A DNA stretch of 47,561 nucleotides from an uncultured Erysipelotrichaceae bacterium. GTDB lineage: Bacteria; Bacillota_I; Bacilli_A; RF39; UBA660. How positions within the stretch are numbered: the stretch's first letter is position 1; each line of letters begins with the position of its first letter. Below are positions 28,087-37,298 of this stretch, one piece after another. The stretch spans positions 1 to 47,561 of the forward strand of contig CACZTI010000061.1 in assembly GCA_902783985.1 (NCBI GenBank), given 5' to 3'. Below the pieces are notes generated by a model that was not told where the DNA came from, made no database searches, and worked only from the letters and a program-made list of their open reading frames with translations. The translations under genes and the position numbers were made by a program.

Positions 28087-28923
28087 TTATTTTTTTATTT
28101 TTTTAACAAAGTTATAATTAACCGGTATATTTTCATAAAGAATATTTAAATAGTTATATTCTTTAATAGATATAGGCAACCCCATTTTTAATCTTTCAAA
28201 TAAAGAATAGTTATTTTGATATATTAATTCTCTTAATCTATTTATTCCAAGATGGTTATAATCATTTTGATAGTAATTTAAAACTTCTAGTAACGATTCA
28301 CTACTACTTCTTATTATATCATCTTCTTTAGAATACTTACCTATTACTTCTTTAAAAGCAAGTCTTGCATATATTTCTTTATCATTTTTACTAATAATAT
28401 CCGAAGGAGCATTTTTATATATATTAAATGCCTTTAACATACCTTCATTAAAAGCATTGACCTCTGTTAAAAATATTTCATAATGATCTTTATAAAAACC
28501 CTTAATATTATCCAATATTTGATAACAAATTCGATATATTTCAGCTTCTTTATTATTAATTCTTTTACATACTAAATAATCTTGTCTTATATGAGCAAAT
28601 TCATGAAAAACAGTATTTAATATTTCAAAATTAATATAACTTATTGCCCCACCATATAAATAAATATTATCATTTTTTAGTTTCTGATAATTGTCATTCG
28701 CTAAATCATAACCATTTAAAAGATAAAAAACCAAATCTTCACCATCAAAACTAGCTACATCATCCATATTGTCATTATCCTTTATAAAGATAATTCTTCT
28801 TACCATTTTGTCATATTTCATTTTATTAATCAAAATATAGCATATCTTTCTTATATCATCCTTATTAAGTCTTTTATTTTTAATATTTCTTGGTAAAACT
28901 ATTTTTAAAATCTCTTCAACCAT
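28087..28923 (-). CDS. Hypothetical protein with an HExxH zinc-metallopeptidase-like motif
   Basis: FHEFAHIRQ lies at about residue 98. No signal peptide is apparent. Confidence 0.5.
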   Translation of the reverse strand: MVEEILKIVLPRNIKNKRLNKDDIRKICYILINKMKYDKMVRRIIFIKDNDNMDDVASFDGEDLVFYLLNGYDLANDNYQKLKNDNIYLYGGAISYINFEILNTVFHEFAHIRQDYLVCKRINNKEAEIYRICYQILDNIKGFYKDHYEIFLTEVNAFNEGMLKAFNIYKNAPSDIISKNDKEIYARLAFKEVIGKYSKEDDIIRSSSESLLEVLNYYQNDYNHLGINRLRELIYQNNYSLFERLKMGLPISIKEYNYLNILYENIPVNYNFVKKIKK

Positions 28924-28992
28924 ATGTTCCCCACAAACATCATTATTATAGTAAAATTCCTTTTATTTGTCAAAAAAATAGTTCAAATTGAA

Positions 28993-29523
28993 CTATTTAT
29001 CTTCAAGGTAATTTTCATCAACTTTATTAATTTCATCAAGAGCATCATCTTGTTTTTCTTCAGGAATAAGATCATAATCATCTAAATTATCTAAAACCTC
29101 TACCTTTACTTTAACATCCCCTACTAATTCAAGACCAAGAGTAAATTCTACTTGATAATTAAGATTTTGATCTTTGATTACAACATCACTACATTTTGGA
29201 TCAGATAAACTTCTTACAATAACTGTAGTATTATCATATTCATCACTATAATCTTTCATTTTGACAGTTTCAGTATATTTTTCAGTTTTCTTAACAACAT
29301 CCGTTTTTGTATCATTATCATATGAATACCAAATATTTATATCATAACTTCCATTAATTGATATTTGATTATCTTGTTTAATACCTGTAAATTGATGATT
29401 AATAACCCAACATCCTAATACTGTCTTTGGTTTATTATTAACTTCTATAATACCATCTTTTTTAAATGTTTTCTTACCTTTACTAATAACTGATTTAGAA
29501 ATAATTTCACGATAATTTGCCAT
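28993..29523 (-). CDS. cotE: Outer spore coat morphogenetic protein CotE
   Basis: Collinear with my recollection of B. subtilis CotE: YREII.K.V..KG.K, GCWVINH, YDINIWYSY.N.TKT, and an acidic C-terminus. ATG 29523 lies after GGAG. Confidence 0.8.
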   Translation of the reverse strand: MANYREIISKSVISKGKKTFKKDGIIEVNNKPKTVLGCWVINHQFTGIKQDNQISINGSYDINIWYSYDNDTKTDVVKKTEKYTETVKMKDYSDEYDNTTVIVRSLSDPKCSDVVIKDQNLNYQVEFTLGLELVGDVKVKVEVLDNLDDYDLIPEEKQDDALDEINKVDENYLEDK

Positions 29524-29583
29524 TAATACACTCCTCATATTAATTTATGCAAATATCTCGTTTTTGAGACTATTTTTATAAAT

Positions 29584-31170
29584 TTATTTTTTTATAGAAG
29601 TTATCTCTCGAACATCTTTATTAGAATATACAATATTAACACTATCTCCTACTTTAATAAATGGTAATAAATTACTATTTATCTTAATACTTACACGATA
29701 TTTATTATTTTCTGTATCTATAATATAATAATATGTATTTCCATCAATAATTACTGATGTAATAGAAGATATCGTAATATTAATATCATTACCTTTTGTT
29801 ACAATACCATTATTATTTAAATAATTATAAGCAGCAGCTTCAATACCATCTTTAGAATCAGTAACAATTACTTTTTGATAATCACTGACATCAACAAAAG
29901 CATACATTTTAACAAGACCAGCAGCATCTTTTAAACTTATGACATATGTAGGTCTTCCAGATAAATTAATTAATATTGGGAAAGATGCTGTATAATTCAT
30001 CTGTTGCATTGCACCTTTAGCACTATCCATTGCACTATATTCCTCAGCTCCTGGACAATCAAAGAATTTTGTTTCTTTAGTTCTTAAGTTTGTTAAAACA
30101 AATCCTAAATTACTCTCATCAGATACAATACTTGTAATTCCAGTATACATATAAATATCATCATCTTGTGCAATATAATTATAACCATCAGTAGTCATTT
30201 TCATACCTTTTTGACCAAATAATGTATTCCAAAAACCATTTGTATATGTACCCCAATCATCAATTTGATCAATAATAAGTTCTGGTGAATACACGTGATC
30301 TACCCAACTTGGTATTTCTGAAACATCATATCGTTTACTTTCACCAGTAATAGCGTTAAAAATAATTGCTCCATTAACATCTTCTCTTTTACCAACAGCA
30401 CTATAAGTTAATGTTGGCATAATGTAATATGGAATTCCTTCATTATCTATTTCAAAATTAATATCTCCAAAAATAGCAGTTGGATAAGTAAATCTTAATT
30501 TACGATAAATATTATCAAAAAACATTGCATTAACAGAATATTTCATCCCTTCTTGTAATTTAATTAATTTAGCTTCCCCTGTTACAGAATTAACCATTAC
30601 ATATCCAGGAATACCATTCTTTTTATTAGTAAAATACTTTATCCAATCAGAATAATCAAGTGGTGTAACACGAACAATATCATCATTATAGTTTATTTGC
30701 GTATACAAATTACTAACTTCAAATTGACTAACAAGTTCATTAATACTACCCATTACTCTATCTCCTAGTTTTTCACTAGAATTACGGTCAACTATTGCTA
30801 ATGTATTAAAATTAACTTCTTTAATTTCATCTTGGAAAGATGCGTTATTAACGATAATTCGATTAGCGTATTTCTTTGCCATAAAAAATGGTCCATTAAT
30901 AAAATTAATAACAATAATCAATAAAATAATAATTACTGGTAATATAAATGGATAATAATTACTTTTATTTTTTAAATCAAATTCTCTATTTCTAATGCTT
31001 AATATTCCACTACCAAAATTAATAATACCAAATACCAATAATAAAAAGATAAAATAAGCCCAAAAAGCACCACTATGAATATTAATTGGTGGTAAAAATA
31101 CATAGAACATAACAAATCCCACTATTAATGTAACTAAAATACTAAAAATTAATCTTTTTCCCTTTTTCAT
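29584..31170 (-). CDS. Membrane protein with 3-4 N-terminal TM helices and a large extracytoplasmic domain, function unknown
   Basis: 528-aa ORF with a hydrophobic N-terminal 100 aa. Confidence 0.6.
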   Translation of the reverse strand: MKKGKRLIFSILVTLIVGFVMFYVFLPPINIHSGAFWAYFIFLLLVFGIINFGSGILSIRNREFDLKNKSNYYPFILPVIIILLIIVINFINGPFFMAKKYANRIIVNNASFQDEIKEVNFNTLAIVDRNSSEKLGDRVMGSINELVSQFEVSNLYTQINYNDDIVRVTPLDYSDWIKYFTNKKNGIPGYVMVNSVTGEAKLIKLQEGMKYSVNAMFFDNIYRKLRFTYPTAIFGDINFEIDNEGIPYYIMPTLTYSAVGKREDVNGAIIFNAITGESKRYDVSEIPSWVDHVYSPELIIDQIDDWGTYTNGFWNTLFGQKGMKMTTDGYNYIAQDDDIYMYTGITSIVSDESNLGFVLTNLRTKETKFFDCPGAEEYSAMDSAKGAMQQMNYTASFPILINLSGRPTYVISLKDAAGLVKMYAFVDVSDYQKVIVTDSKDGIEAAAYNYLNNNGIVTKGNDINITISSITSVIIDGNTYYYIIDTENNKYRVSIKINSNLLPFIKVGDSVNIVYSNKDVREITSIKK

Positions 31171-31333
31171 AAATACCTCACTTATTTATATTATATCAAA
31201 AACAGTATAGACATGCTATACTATTTATAAAAAAAGATTATTTTTTAATTTTACACAAATCTTTACATTATTTTACAATATAAATATTAATCATATAATA
31301 ATATTTTTATCATATTATTTAAAGAGGAATAAT

Positions 31334-31882
31334 ATGACATTATTAGAAATAATACTTACCGGTTTATCGTTATCAATGGATGCTTTTACTGTAAGTATAA
31401 GTAAAGGATTATGTAGTAAAAAGAAAAATTATCATAATGCTATTATAATATCTTTATATTTTAGTATTTTTCAATTTATTATGCCAATTTTAGGTTATTA
31501 TATTGGTAATATCTTTAGTGAAAAAATAATATATTATAATCCATATATATCAATGATTCTATTAATAGTTATAGGAACATTAATATATAAAGAAGATAAT
31601 TTAGAAAAAATAGAAGACACCATTAAATTTAGTGAAATGATTATTCTTGCTATTGCTACTAGTATTGATGCTTTTGTAATAGGAATATCCTTTTCCTTTT
31701 TAAAGACAAATATCTTTGTATCATCATTGATTATAGGAATAACAACATTTATTATGTGTTTAATAGGCTATTTATTAGGTAATAAATTAAATAATAGATT
31801 AAATAAGTATTCTAACAAAATAGCGGGAATAATTTTAATTATAATAGGTATAAAAATTTTTTTACAAAATATTTTAAAATAA
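31334..31882 (+). CDS. mntP: Manganese efflux pump MntP
   Basis: LSLSMDAFTVSISKG and a second ATSIDAFVIGISF repeat (DUF204 duplication). Confidence 0.85.
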   Translation: MTLLEIILTGLSLSMDAFTVSISKGLCSKKKNYHNAIIISLYFSIFQFIMPILGYYIGNIFSEKIIYYNPYISMILLIVIGTLIYKEDNLEKIEDTIKFSEMIILAIATSIDAFVIGISFSFLKTNIFVSSLIIGITTFIMCLIGYLLGNKLNNRLNKYSNKIAGIILIIIGIKIFLQNILK

Positions 31883-31894
31883 AAAAAAGTTAAA

Positions 31895-32644
31895 TTATTC
31901 ATCTAACTTTTTCTTTTTAGTTTCTTTCTTTTCTTCTTTTTTATTATCTTTATTCTTAATAGCATCTACTATTTCATTTCTTGTTTTAGTTAAGAAATAA
32001 ATAATGCATCCTGTTCCTGCTGCAATGAAAACAAAATTCCAAAAAATAATAGCAAAAGTACTACTACCATTACTTGATGATGTATTACTATAAGTATTGG
32101 CATTACCATTACCATTTTGACTATCATCTGTTGCTGGTGCTGTCCATGTTCCATCATCTAAACCTTGTAACTTTTCAAAAACATCCATATCTTTCTTATT
32201 GTATTCATTCATTATAGCTTCTTTTATTTGACTATCATAACTTTCAGTATAACCATCAAATACCTTACTTCCAATAATAACATATGGAACACCTTCTGTT
32301 GGAACATTGGTTACTTTAGACATTTTATTAAATAATGCACTATTCTCTTTGTCATTCCATACTTCAAAAGATACTAATCTAAAATACTTTCCATATTCTT
32401 TTGAAATAGAATTAATAAATGTTAAGAATTTACGACAAAATCCACATCCTTGTCCACGAAACATATAAACAATTGCTTGATCATTAGTTTCTTTATAATC
32501 CTTATTTTCAATTTCCATACCCTCTGCTTTTAATGTTTCAACTAAATTCATAGTCTTATAAGTATCATAATAAGTTTTAGCATTTGTAATAAATGGAACA
32601 GATATCATTACAACTGCTATTAATAATAAAATCTTTTTCTTCAT
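31895..32644 (-). CDS. Extracytoplasmic thioredoxin-fold CxxC protein with a signal peptide and C-terminal TM anchor
   Basis: MKKKILLLIAVVMISVPFITNA signal peptide, FRGQGCGFCRKF active-site-like motif, an N/S/G-rich linker, and TM helix FAIIFWNFVFIAAGTGCIIYF. GGAGG RBS. Confidence 0.7.
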   Translation of the reverse strand: MKKKILLLIAVVMISVPFITNAKTYYDTYKTMNLVETLKAEGMEIENKDYKETNDQAIVYMFRGQGCGFCRKFLTFINSISKEYGKYFRLVSFEVWNDKENSALFNKMSKVTNVPTEGVPYVIIGSKVFDGYTESYDSQIKEAIMNEYNKKDMDVFEKLQGLDDGTWTAPATDDSQNGNGNANTYSNTSSSNGSSTFAIIFWNFVFIAAGTGCIIYFLTKTRNEIVDAIKNKDNKKEEKKETKKKKLDE

Positions 32645-32717
32645 GTCATCCTCCATATTTAACACACATATAATTGTAAACTATTAGAAAAAAAAATACA
32701 AGATATTTTACAATATT

Positions 32718-34079
32718 TCATATTTTTTTCAAACTTTCTAACACATCTATATCATTATATGGTATTTTTTCATCATTAATAATCATATAGTTATCTCTAC
32801 CTTTACCTAAAATTAATACAAGGTCATCCTTCTTTGCTTCATTAACTGCTTTTTTAATAGCATCTTCTCTATTGATAATAATTTCATAATTTTTCTTTTT
32901 AGTCTCAGCTAACATATCATGAATAATATCACGAGGATCTTCCCATCTTGGATCATCCATAGTAAAAAATGCTTTTTTAGAATATTTCAAAACTATTTTC
33001 CCAATTAATGGTCTTTTTTCAATGTATCTACCACCAGCACAACCTAAAACAGTAATTATTTTTTTATGATGAAATAAATCCATAAACTTTAATACTTCAT
33101 TCGTTGCTTTAATGGTATGTGCATAATCAATAACAACATGTTTATTATTAATATAAAAATGCTCCATTCTTCCTGGAATAACTTTAATATTTTTTATTCT
33201 TTTAATAATATCATTCATGGAATAATTTAACGCTAACAAAGTAAGAATACTAGAAGCTAAATTATAAACATTATATTCCCCTATTAATGGACTTATAATT
33301 TGATATTCTTTTTTTTGATATATAAAGGTAATTATTGTTTTATCTTCGCATAACTGATAATCCTTAATTCTTAAATCACTTTTCTTTTTACCAAATGTTA
33401 AATAATTATCAATATCTTTAGTAATTTCATTAAAATATTTATCATCACGATTTATTATTTTAATATCACTATTTTTTAATAATTCTTTTTTACATGATAA
33501 ATAATTATCAAAAGTATGATGTTTATCTAAATGTTCATAACTTATGTTTAAGAATATTCCAACTTTAAACTTCAAAGTAGGAATTCTTTTAGTTAAATAA
33601 CTTTCACTACTAACTTCCATTACAATATCATGAACTCTTCTTTCTTTAAACATTTGGAAATATTCAAATAAATAATCAATACTTGGTGTTGTATTATTAG
33701 TATCTATTACCATTTCTTGATATCTAACACCATTTGTCCCAATATAAGAACCATTAATCATATCTTTAATAATTGAAGCTGCTGTTGTTTTACCATCAGT
33801 TCCTGTTACCCCAATTAAATTAACATTATCCAAAGGATAATCATACTTTATATCTAATAAATATCTTAAATATTTATCAATATCACCTACTTTAAGATAT
33901 TTTATTTTATCAGTTATATCTCTATCTGTAATAACTAAAGAACAACCTTTTTTAATAGCATCAGGAATAAACTCATTTTTATCCATTAAACCAGTTGTAC
34001 AAACAAAAATATCTCCTTTTTTGACATCTTTTGTATTAACTCTAATATTTTTTTTCTTAATTAAATTCTCTATTTTCAT
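32718..34079 (-). CDS. murE: UDP-MurNAc-L-Ala-D-Glu--(meso-DAP or L-Lys) ligase
   Basis: LIGVTGTDGKTTAASI and MEVSSE. The substrate motif reads DDPR, so amino-acid specificity is not assigned. Confidence 0.9.
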   Translation of the reverse strand: MKIENLIKKKNIRVNTKDVKKGDIFVCTTGLMDKNEFIPDAIKKGCSLVITDRDITDKIKYLKVGDIDKYLRYLLDIKYDYPLDNVNLIGVTGTDGKTTAASIIKDMINGSYIGTNGVRYQEMVIDTNNTTPSIDYLFEYFQMFKERRVHDIVMEVSSESYLTKRIPTLKFKVGIFLNISYEHLDKHHTFDNYLSCKKELLKNSDIKIINRDDKYFNEITKDIDNYLTFGKKKSDLRIKDYQLCEDKTIITFIYQKKEYQIISPLIGEYNVYNLASSILTLLALNYSMNDIIKRIKNIKVIPGRMEHFYINNKHVVIDYAHTIKATNEVLKFMDLFHHKKIITVLGCAGGRYIEKRPLIGKIVLKYSKKAFFTMDDPRWEDPRDIIHDMLAETKKKNYEIIINREDAIKKAVNEAKKDDLVLILGKGRDNYMIINDEKIPYNDIDVLESLKKI

Positions 34080-34093
34080 ACTATATTATATTC

Positions 34094-34654
34094 CTACATA
34101 TTACTTTTGTCCCATTGATATATATAAATATATTTATCACCATATTTTTTCTCTTTAATTAATGTATACTTACTATTATTATAATTCATACAATAATTTA
34201 CTTCACAAACAATAATCCCTTTATCTTTTAATAAATCTTTTTTTAATATATTATCCATAATATTTTCATTAATTAAATCTTTATATGGTGGATCTAAAAA
34301 GATAATATCAAACTTTATATTTTCCTTATGATAGTATTCTATTGCTTTTAAGTAATCAAAAGAAGTTATAACACACTTTTCATTTATACCAAGATTATTA
34401 ATATTATCTTTAATTATTTGAACACATTTTTTATTATAATCATTAAAATATCCTTTTTTGGCTCCATTGCTTATTGCCTCTATCCCTAAATTACCACTTC
34501 CAGAGAATAAATCTAATATAATGCTATCTGGCAAATAATAAGAAATCATCGCGAATAAACTTTCTTTTACCCGATCCATTGTAGGTCTTGTTCCTTCGAT
34601 ATCAAAACCATTAATTTTTCTTCCCTTTAAATTACCACTGATTACTTTTGGCAT
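34094..34654 (-). CDS. rsmD: 16S rRNA (guanine966-N2)-methyltransferase
   Basis: LDLFSGSGNLGIEAISNGA SAM motif and FLDPPY. Confidence 0.85.
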   Translation of the reverse strand: MPKVISGNLKGRKINGFDIEGTRPTMDRVKESLFAMISYYLPDSIILDLFSGSGNLGIEAISNGAKKGYFNDYNKKCVQIIKDNINNLGINEKCVITSFDYLKAIEYYHKENIKFDIIFLDPPYKDLINENIMDNILKKDLLKDKGIIVCEVNYCMNYNNSKYTLIKEKKYGDKYIYIYQWDKSNM

Positions 34655-34911
34655 ACCTTACTCCTTTTTAATTTTTTATTTATTTCCATTATTAAATAAT
34701 TAAGATTATTTTCACTAATTAAATATTCTTTAATTATCTCATTGTCATATAATTTTTTTTTATTATCAATAGTTGGATTATTACGATAATTAATAATTAA
34801 TTCTTTTTCTGTATCAGTTATTTTATTTTTTAATAAATCAATATTTTGAATATCTTGGTTTTTATCAAATAATTTAAAAAGTTCTTCTAATTTTTCTTCC
34901 ATATACATCAC
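34642..34911 (-). CDS. Small helical protein, possibly YlbF/YmcA-like
   Basis: 89-aa ORF overlapping the rsmD start. No clear RBS. The assignment is weak, based on composition and context. Confidence 0.35.
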   Translation of the reverse strand: MMYMEEKLEELFKLFDKNQDIQNIDLLKNKITDTEKELIINYRNNPTIDNKKKLYDNEIIKEYLISENNLNYLIMEINKKLKRSKVCQK

Positions 34912-34933
34912 AATGTTATTTTATCATTATAAA

Positions 34934-34959
34934 TAAAAAAATGCTAGATTAACTAGCAT
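34934..34959 (-). terminator. tig terminator
   Basis: The minus strand reads ATGCTAG-TTAAT-CTAGCAT followed by T7. Confidence 0.75.
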
Positions 34960-34960
34960 A

Positions 34961-36214
34961 TTATTTATTATATTCTTCTAATTTGTCAACTAATTTCTTA
35001 AGTTGTAAATTAGCTTTTAAGTTATCTTTACTATCATATTCACGAAGAATTTCTTCTTCTTTAACTTGATATTCTTTTGCAAGACGTTTAATCTCTTCAT
35101 TAATTTCATCATCGGTTACATCAATGTTTTCCATTTTAAATAATTCTTCGATAATTAAACGATATAAAACATTCTTTCTTGCTTGTTCTTCATATTGTTT
35201 ATGTAAATCTTCATGAGTAGTTTTAGTTATTTGATGATATAAGTCAAGTGATAATCCTTGAGAATTTAATGTATGTTCAAATTCATGAATCATATAGTGA
35301 ACTTCATCATCTATAAGTTCTTCTGGAATATCACATTCTGTATTTTCTGCAATTTTAGATAACATTTCATCAATAAATTTATTTTCTACTTCCATTTTCT
35401 TGTTATCTTCAAGATGTTTTTTCATGTGATTTTCTAAATCTTCTTTATTTTTAACATCTTCAATTGCTAAATCTTCAAAAAATTCATCATTTAATTCTCT
35501 TTTAACTTTTTCTTTAATTTCATGTAATTTTACTTTAAAGACAACATCTTTTCCTTTTAGTTCTTCACTAGGATACTCTTTAGGGAAAGTTAAGTTGATC
35601 TCTTTTTCTTCTCCTGGCATCATCCCAATTAAACTATCTTCAAACCCAGGAATAAAAGTATTACTACCAATTTCTAAAGAATAATTTTCGGCTTTACCTC
35701 CATCAAAGGCTACTCCATCTTTAAATCCTTCATAATCAATGATAGCAGTATCACCCTTAGCTAAAGGTCCTTCTTTAACAGATAATTCCGTGAATCTATC
35801 TAATAAATTTTCAATTTCTTTATTAATTTCTTCTTTAGTTACTTTAACTTTTTCCTTTTTTACTTTTAAATCTTTATATTTTTTTATTTCAACAACTGGT
35901 TTAGTTATAACAGTAAAAACATATTCAATTCCATTATCATCAACATGTTTAATATCGACACTTCCTGGTACAATAGGAACAAGTTTTTCCTTCTTTATCA
36001 TATCTTGATATGCTTCTTGAACTAATTTATCAGCAGCTTCTTCATATAATGATAACATACCATAATGTTTAATATAAATATCTTTAGGAGCTTTACCTGG
36101 TCTAAAACCATCAATCTTTGCTTTACTATTTAATTTCTTAAAAGCATTATCAAGAGCTTTTGTCCATTTTTCTCCTTCTACTTTATAACTTATTTCTTTT
36201 TTAGATTTCTCCAT
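34961..36214 (-). CDS. tig: Trigger factor
   Basis: IDGFRPGKAPKDIY ribosome-binding region, an FKBP-type PPIase middle domain, and a helical C-terminus. Confidence 0.95.
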   Translation of the reverse strand: MEKSKKEISYKVEGEKWTKALDNAFKKLNSKAKIDGFRPGKAPKDIYIKHYGMLSLYEEAADKLVQEAYQDMIKKEKLVPIVPGSVDIKHVDDNGIEYVFTVITKPVVEIKKYKDLKVKKEKVKVTKEEINKEIENLLDRFTELSVKEGPLAKGDTAIIDYEGFKDGVAFDGGKAENYSLEIGSNTFIPGFEDSLIGMMPGEEKEINLTFPKEYPSEELKGKDVVFKVKLHEIKEKVKRELNDEFFEDLAIEDVKNKEDLENHMKKHLEDNKKMEVENKFIDEMLSKIAENTECDIPEELIDDEVHYMIHEFEHTLNSQGLSLDLYHQITKTTHEDLHKQYEEQARKNVLYRLIIEELFKMENIDVTDDEINEEIKRLAKEYQVKEEEILREYDSKDNLKANLQLKKLVDKLEEYNK

Positions 36215-36234
36215 AATTCCTCCACTTCTTCCAT

Positions 36235-36263
36235 ATTATATCTAATTATTGTAAAATATTCAA
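36235..36263 (-). promoter_or_regulatory. Sigma-A type promoter for tig
   Basis: Minus strand: TTGAAT, 17-nt spacer, TATAAT. RBS GGAGGA lies downstream. Confidence 0.7.
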
Positions 36264-36290
36264 CTATTTTTTAAAGAAAAATTTTACTTA

Positions 36291-37271
36291 TTATTCATAA
36301 GTAAAATTTAAAAAGTTATTTATATCAACTTTGTCTTCTAATGATTTAGGAAAAGTAACTCTTAATTTAGTATAATCATCAATCATTATGATATAATCAT
36401 CATATTCTACTTCTTTGTGAATAGTTGTATATAACCAAGCAACATAATCTTTAAGCATCAACTTTTTACTATTTTTAATAGTAAATGTAGTATTAATATT
36501 TTCATCTATTCCCTTTTGATCATAGTAAAAATATATGTTAATTAATTTATCGGAATCTTTATCAACTTTTAAAGATAGTATATTACCTTGATAATCATCA
36601 TTTTTTATATATTTTGATGGATTATAATTCAATTCAAAAGCCTTTTTATTATTGGCATGTAGATATAAATACCATTTTCCATCTTGGTTTAAATAATTAC
36701 TATCGTCTTTATATTTGTCCATATTGATTACTTCATTAATAAATGAATCACTAAAAGTCTTATTATTTATTTGATAACATACATAATAATAATGTTGTTC
36801 AAAAGCTTTAATAAATATATGTAATCGTTCATTATAACTACCATTTCTTAATTTTTTTTCTAAATAAATGATATTACCATTATCTAATTCATGTTTTAAA
36901 ACTACTTTGGAAGTATTTGATTCATCTGACAAATCTATTAAATTTAATATTTCATCATTATCCACAGCATTGTTGTATTTTAAAATATTAATATCGTTGT
37001 TATTATATTCCGTTATACTATTTATTATCTTATATAAGTACACATCTAAAGGTATAATATAAGATATCGCATTATCTTTATTAATAATTATTTTTTGGAA
37101 GGAACTTGCATTATATTTTTCAAATTTGATAGAAATATCCTCTTTATTTTGATATTCAGTAGTCCATAATAAAGTATTTTCACTATTGATTTCTTTAGTT
37201 AAGAGTAATATCGAAATAACAATCGATATTACTCCTAATAATCCTAAGATATAACTTATTTTTTTCATCAT
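36291..37271 (-). CDS. Membrane-anchored or secreted hypothetical protein, last gene of the pilin-like operon
   Basis: N-terminal TM/signal ISYILGLLGVISIVISILLL. AGGAG RBS lies 27 nt after the stop of the 1038-aa gene. Confidence 0.6.
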   Translation of the reverse strand: MMKKISYILGLLGVISIVISILLLTKEINSENTLLWTTEYQNKEDISIKFEKYNASSFQKIIINKDNAISYIIPLDVYLYKIINSITEYNNNDINILKYNNAVDNDEILNLIDLSDESNTSKVVLKHELDNGNIIYLEKKLRNGSYNERLHIFIKAFEQHYYYVCYQINNKTFSDSFINEVINMDKYKDDSNYLNQDGKWYLYLHANNKKAFELNYNPSKYIKNDDYQGNILSLKVDKDSDKLINIYFYYDQKGIDENINTTFTIKNSKKLMLKDYVAWLYTTIHKEVEYDDYIIMIDDYTKLRVTFPKSLEDKVDINNFLNFTYE

Positions 37272-37298
37272 TAAGTCTCCTTACTTTATAACATTTTA

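Noticed and set aside
31171-31333. A yybP-ykoY manganese riboswitch was expected upstream of mntP.
   Set aside because: The 160-bp leader is almost pure A/T. It has no GGGGAGUAG-like conserved core and no paired GC helices.
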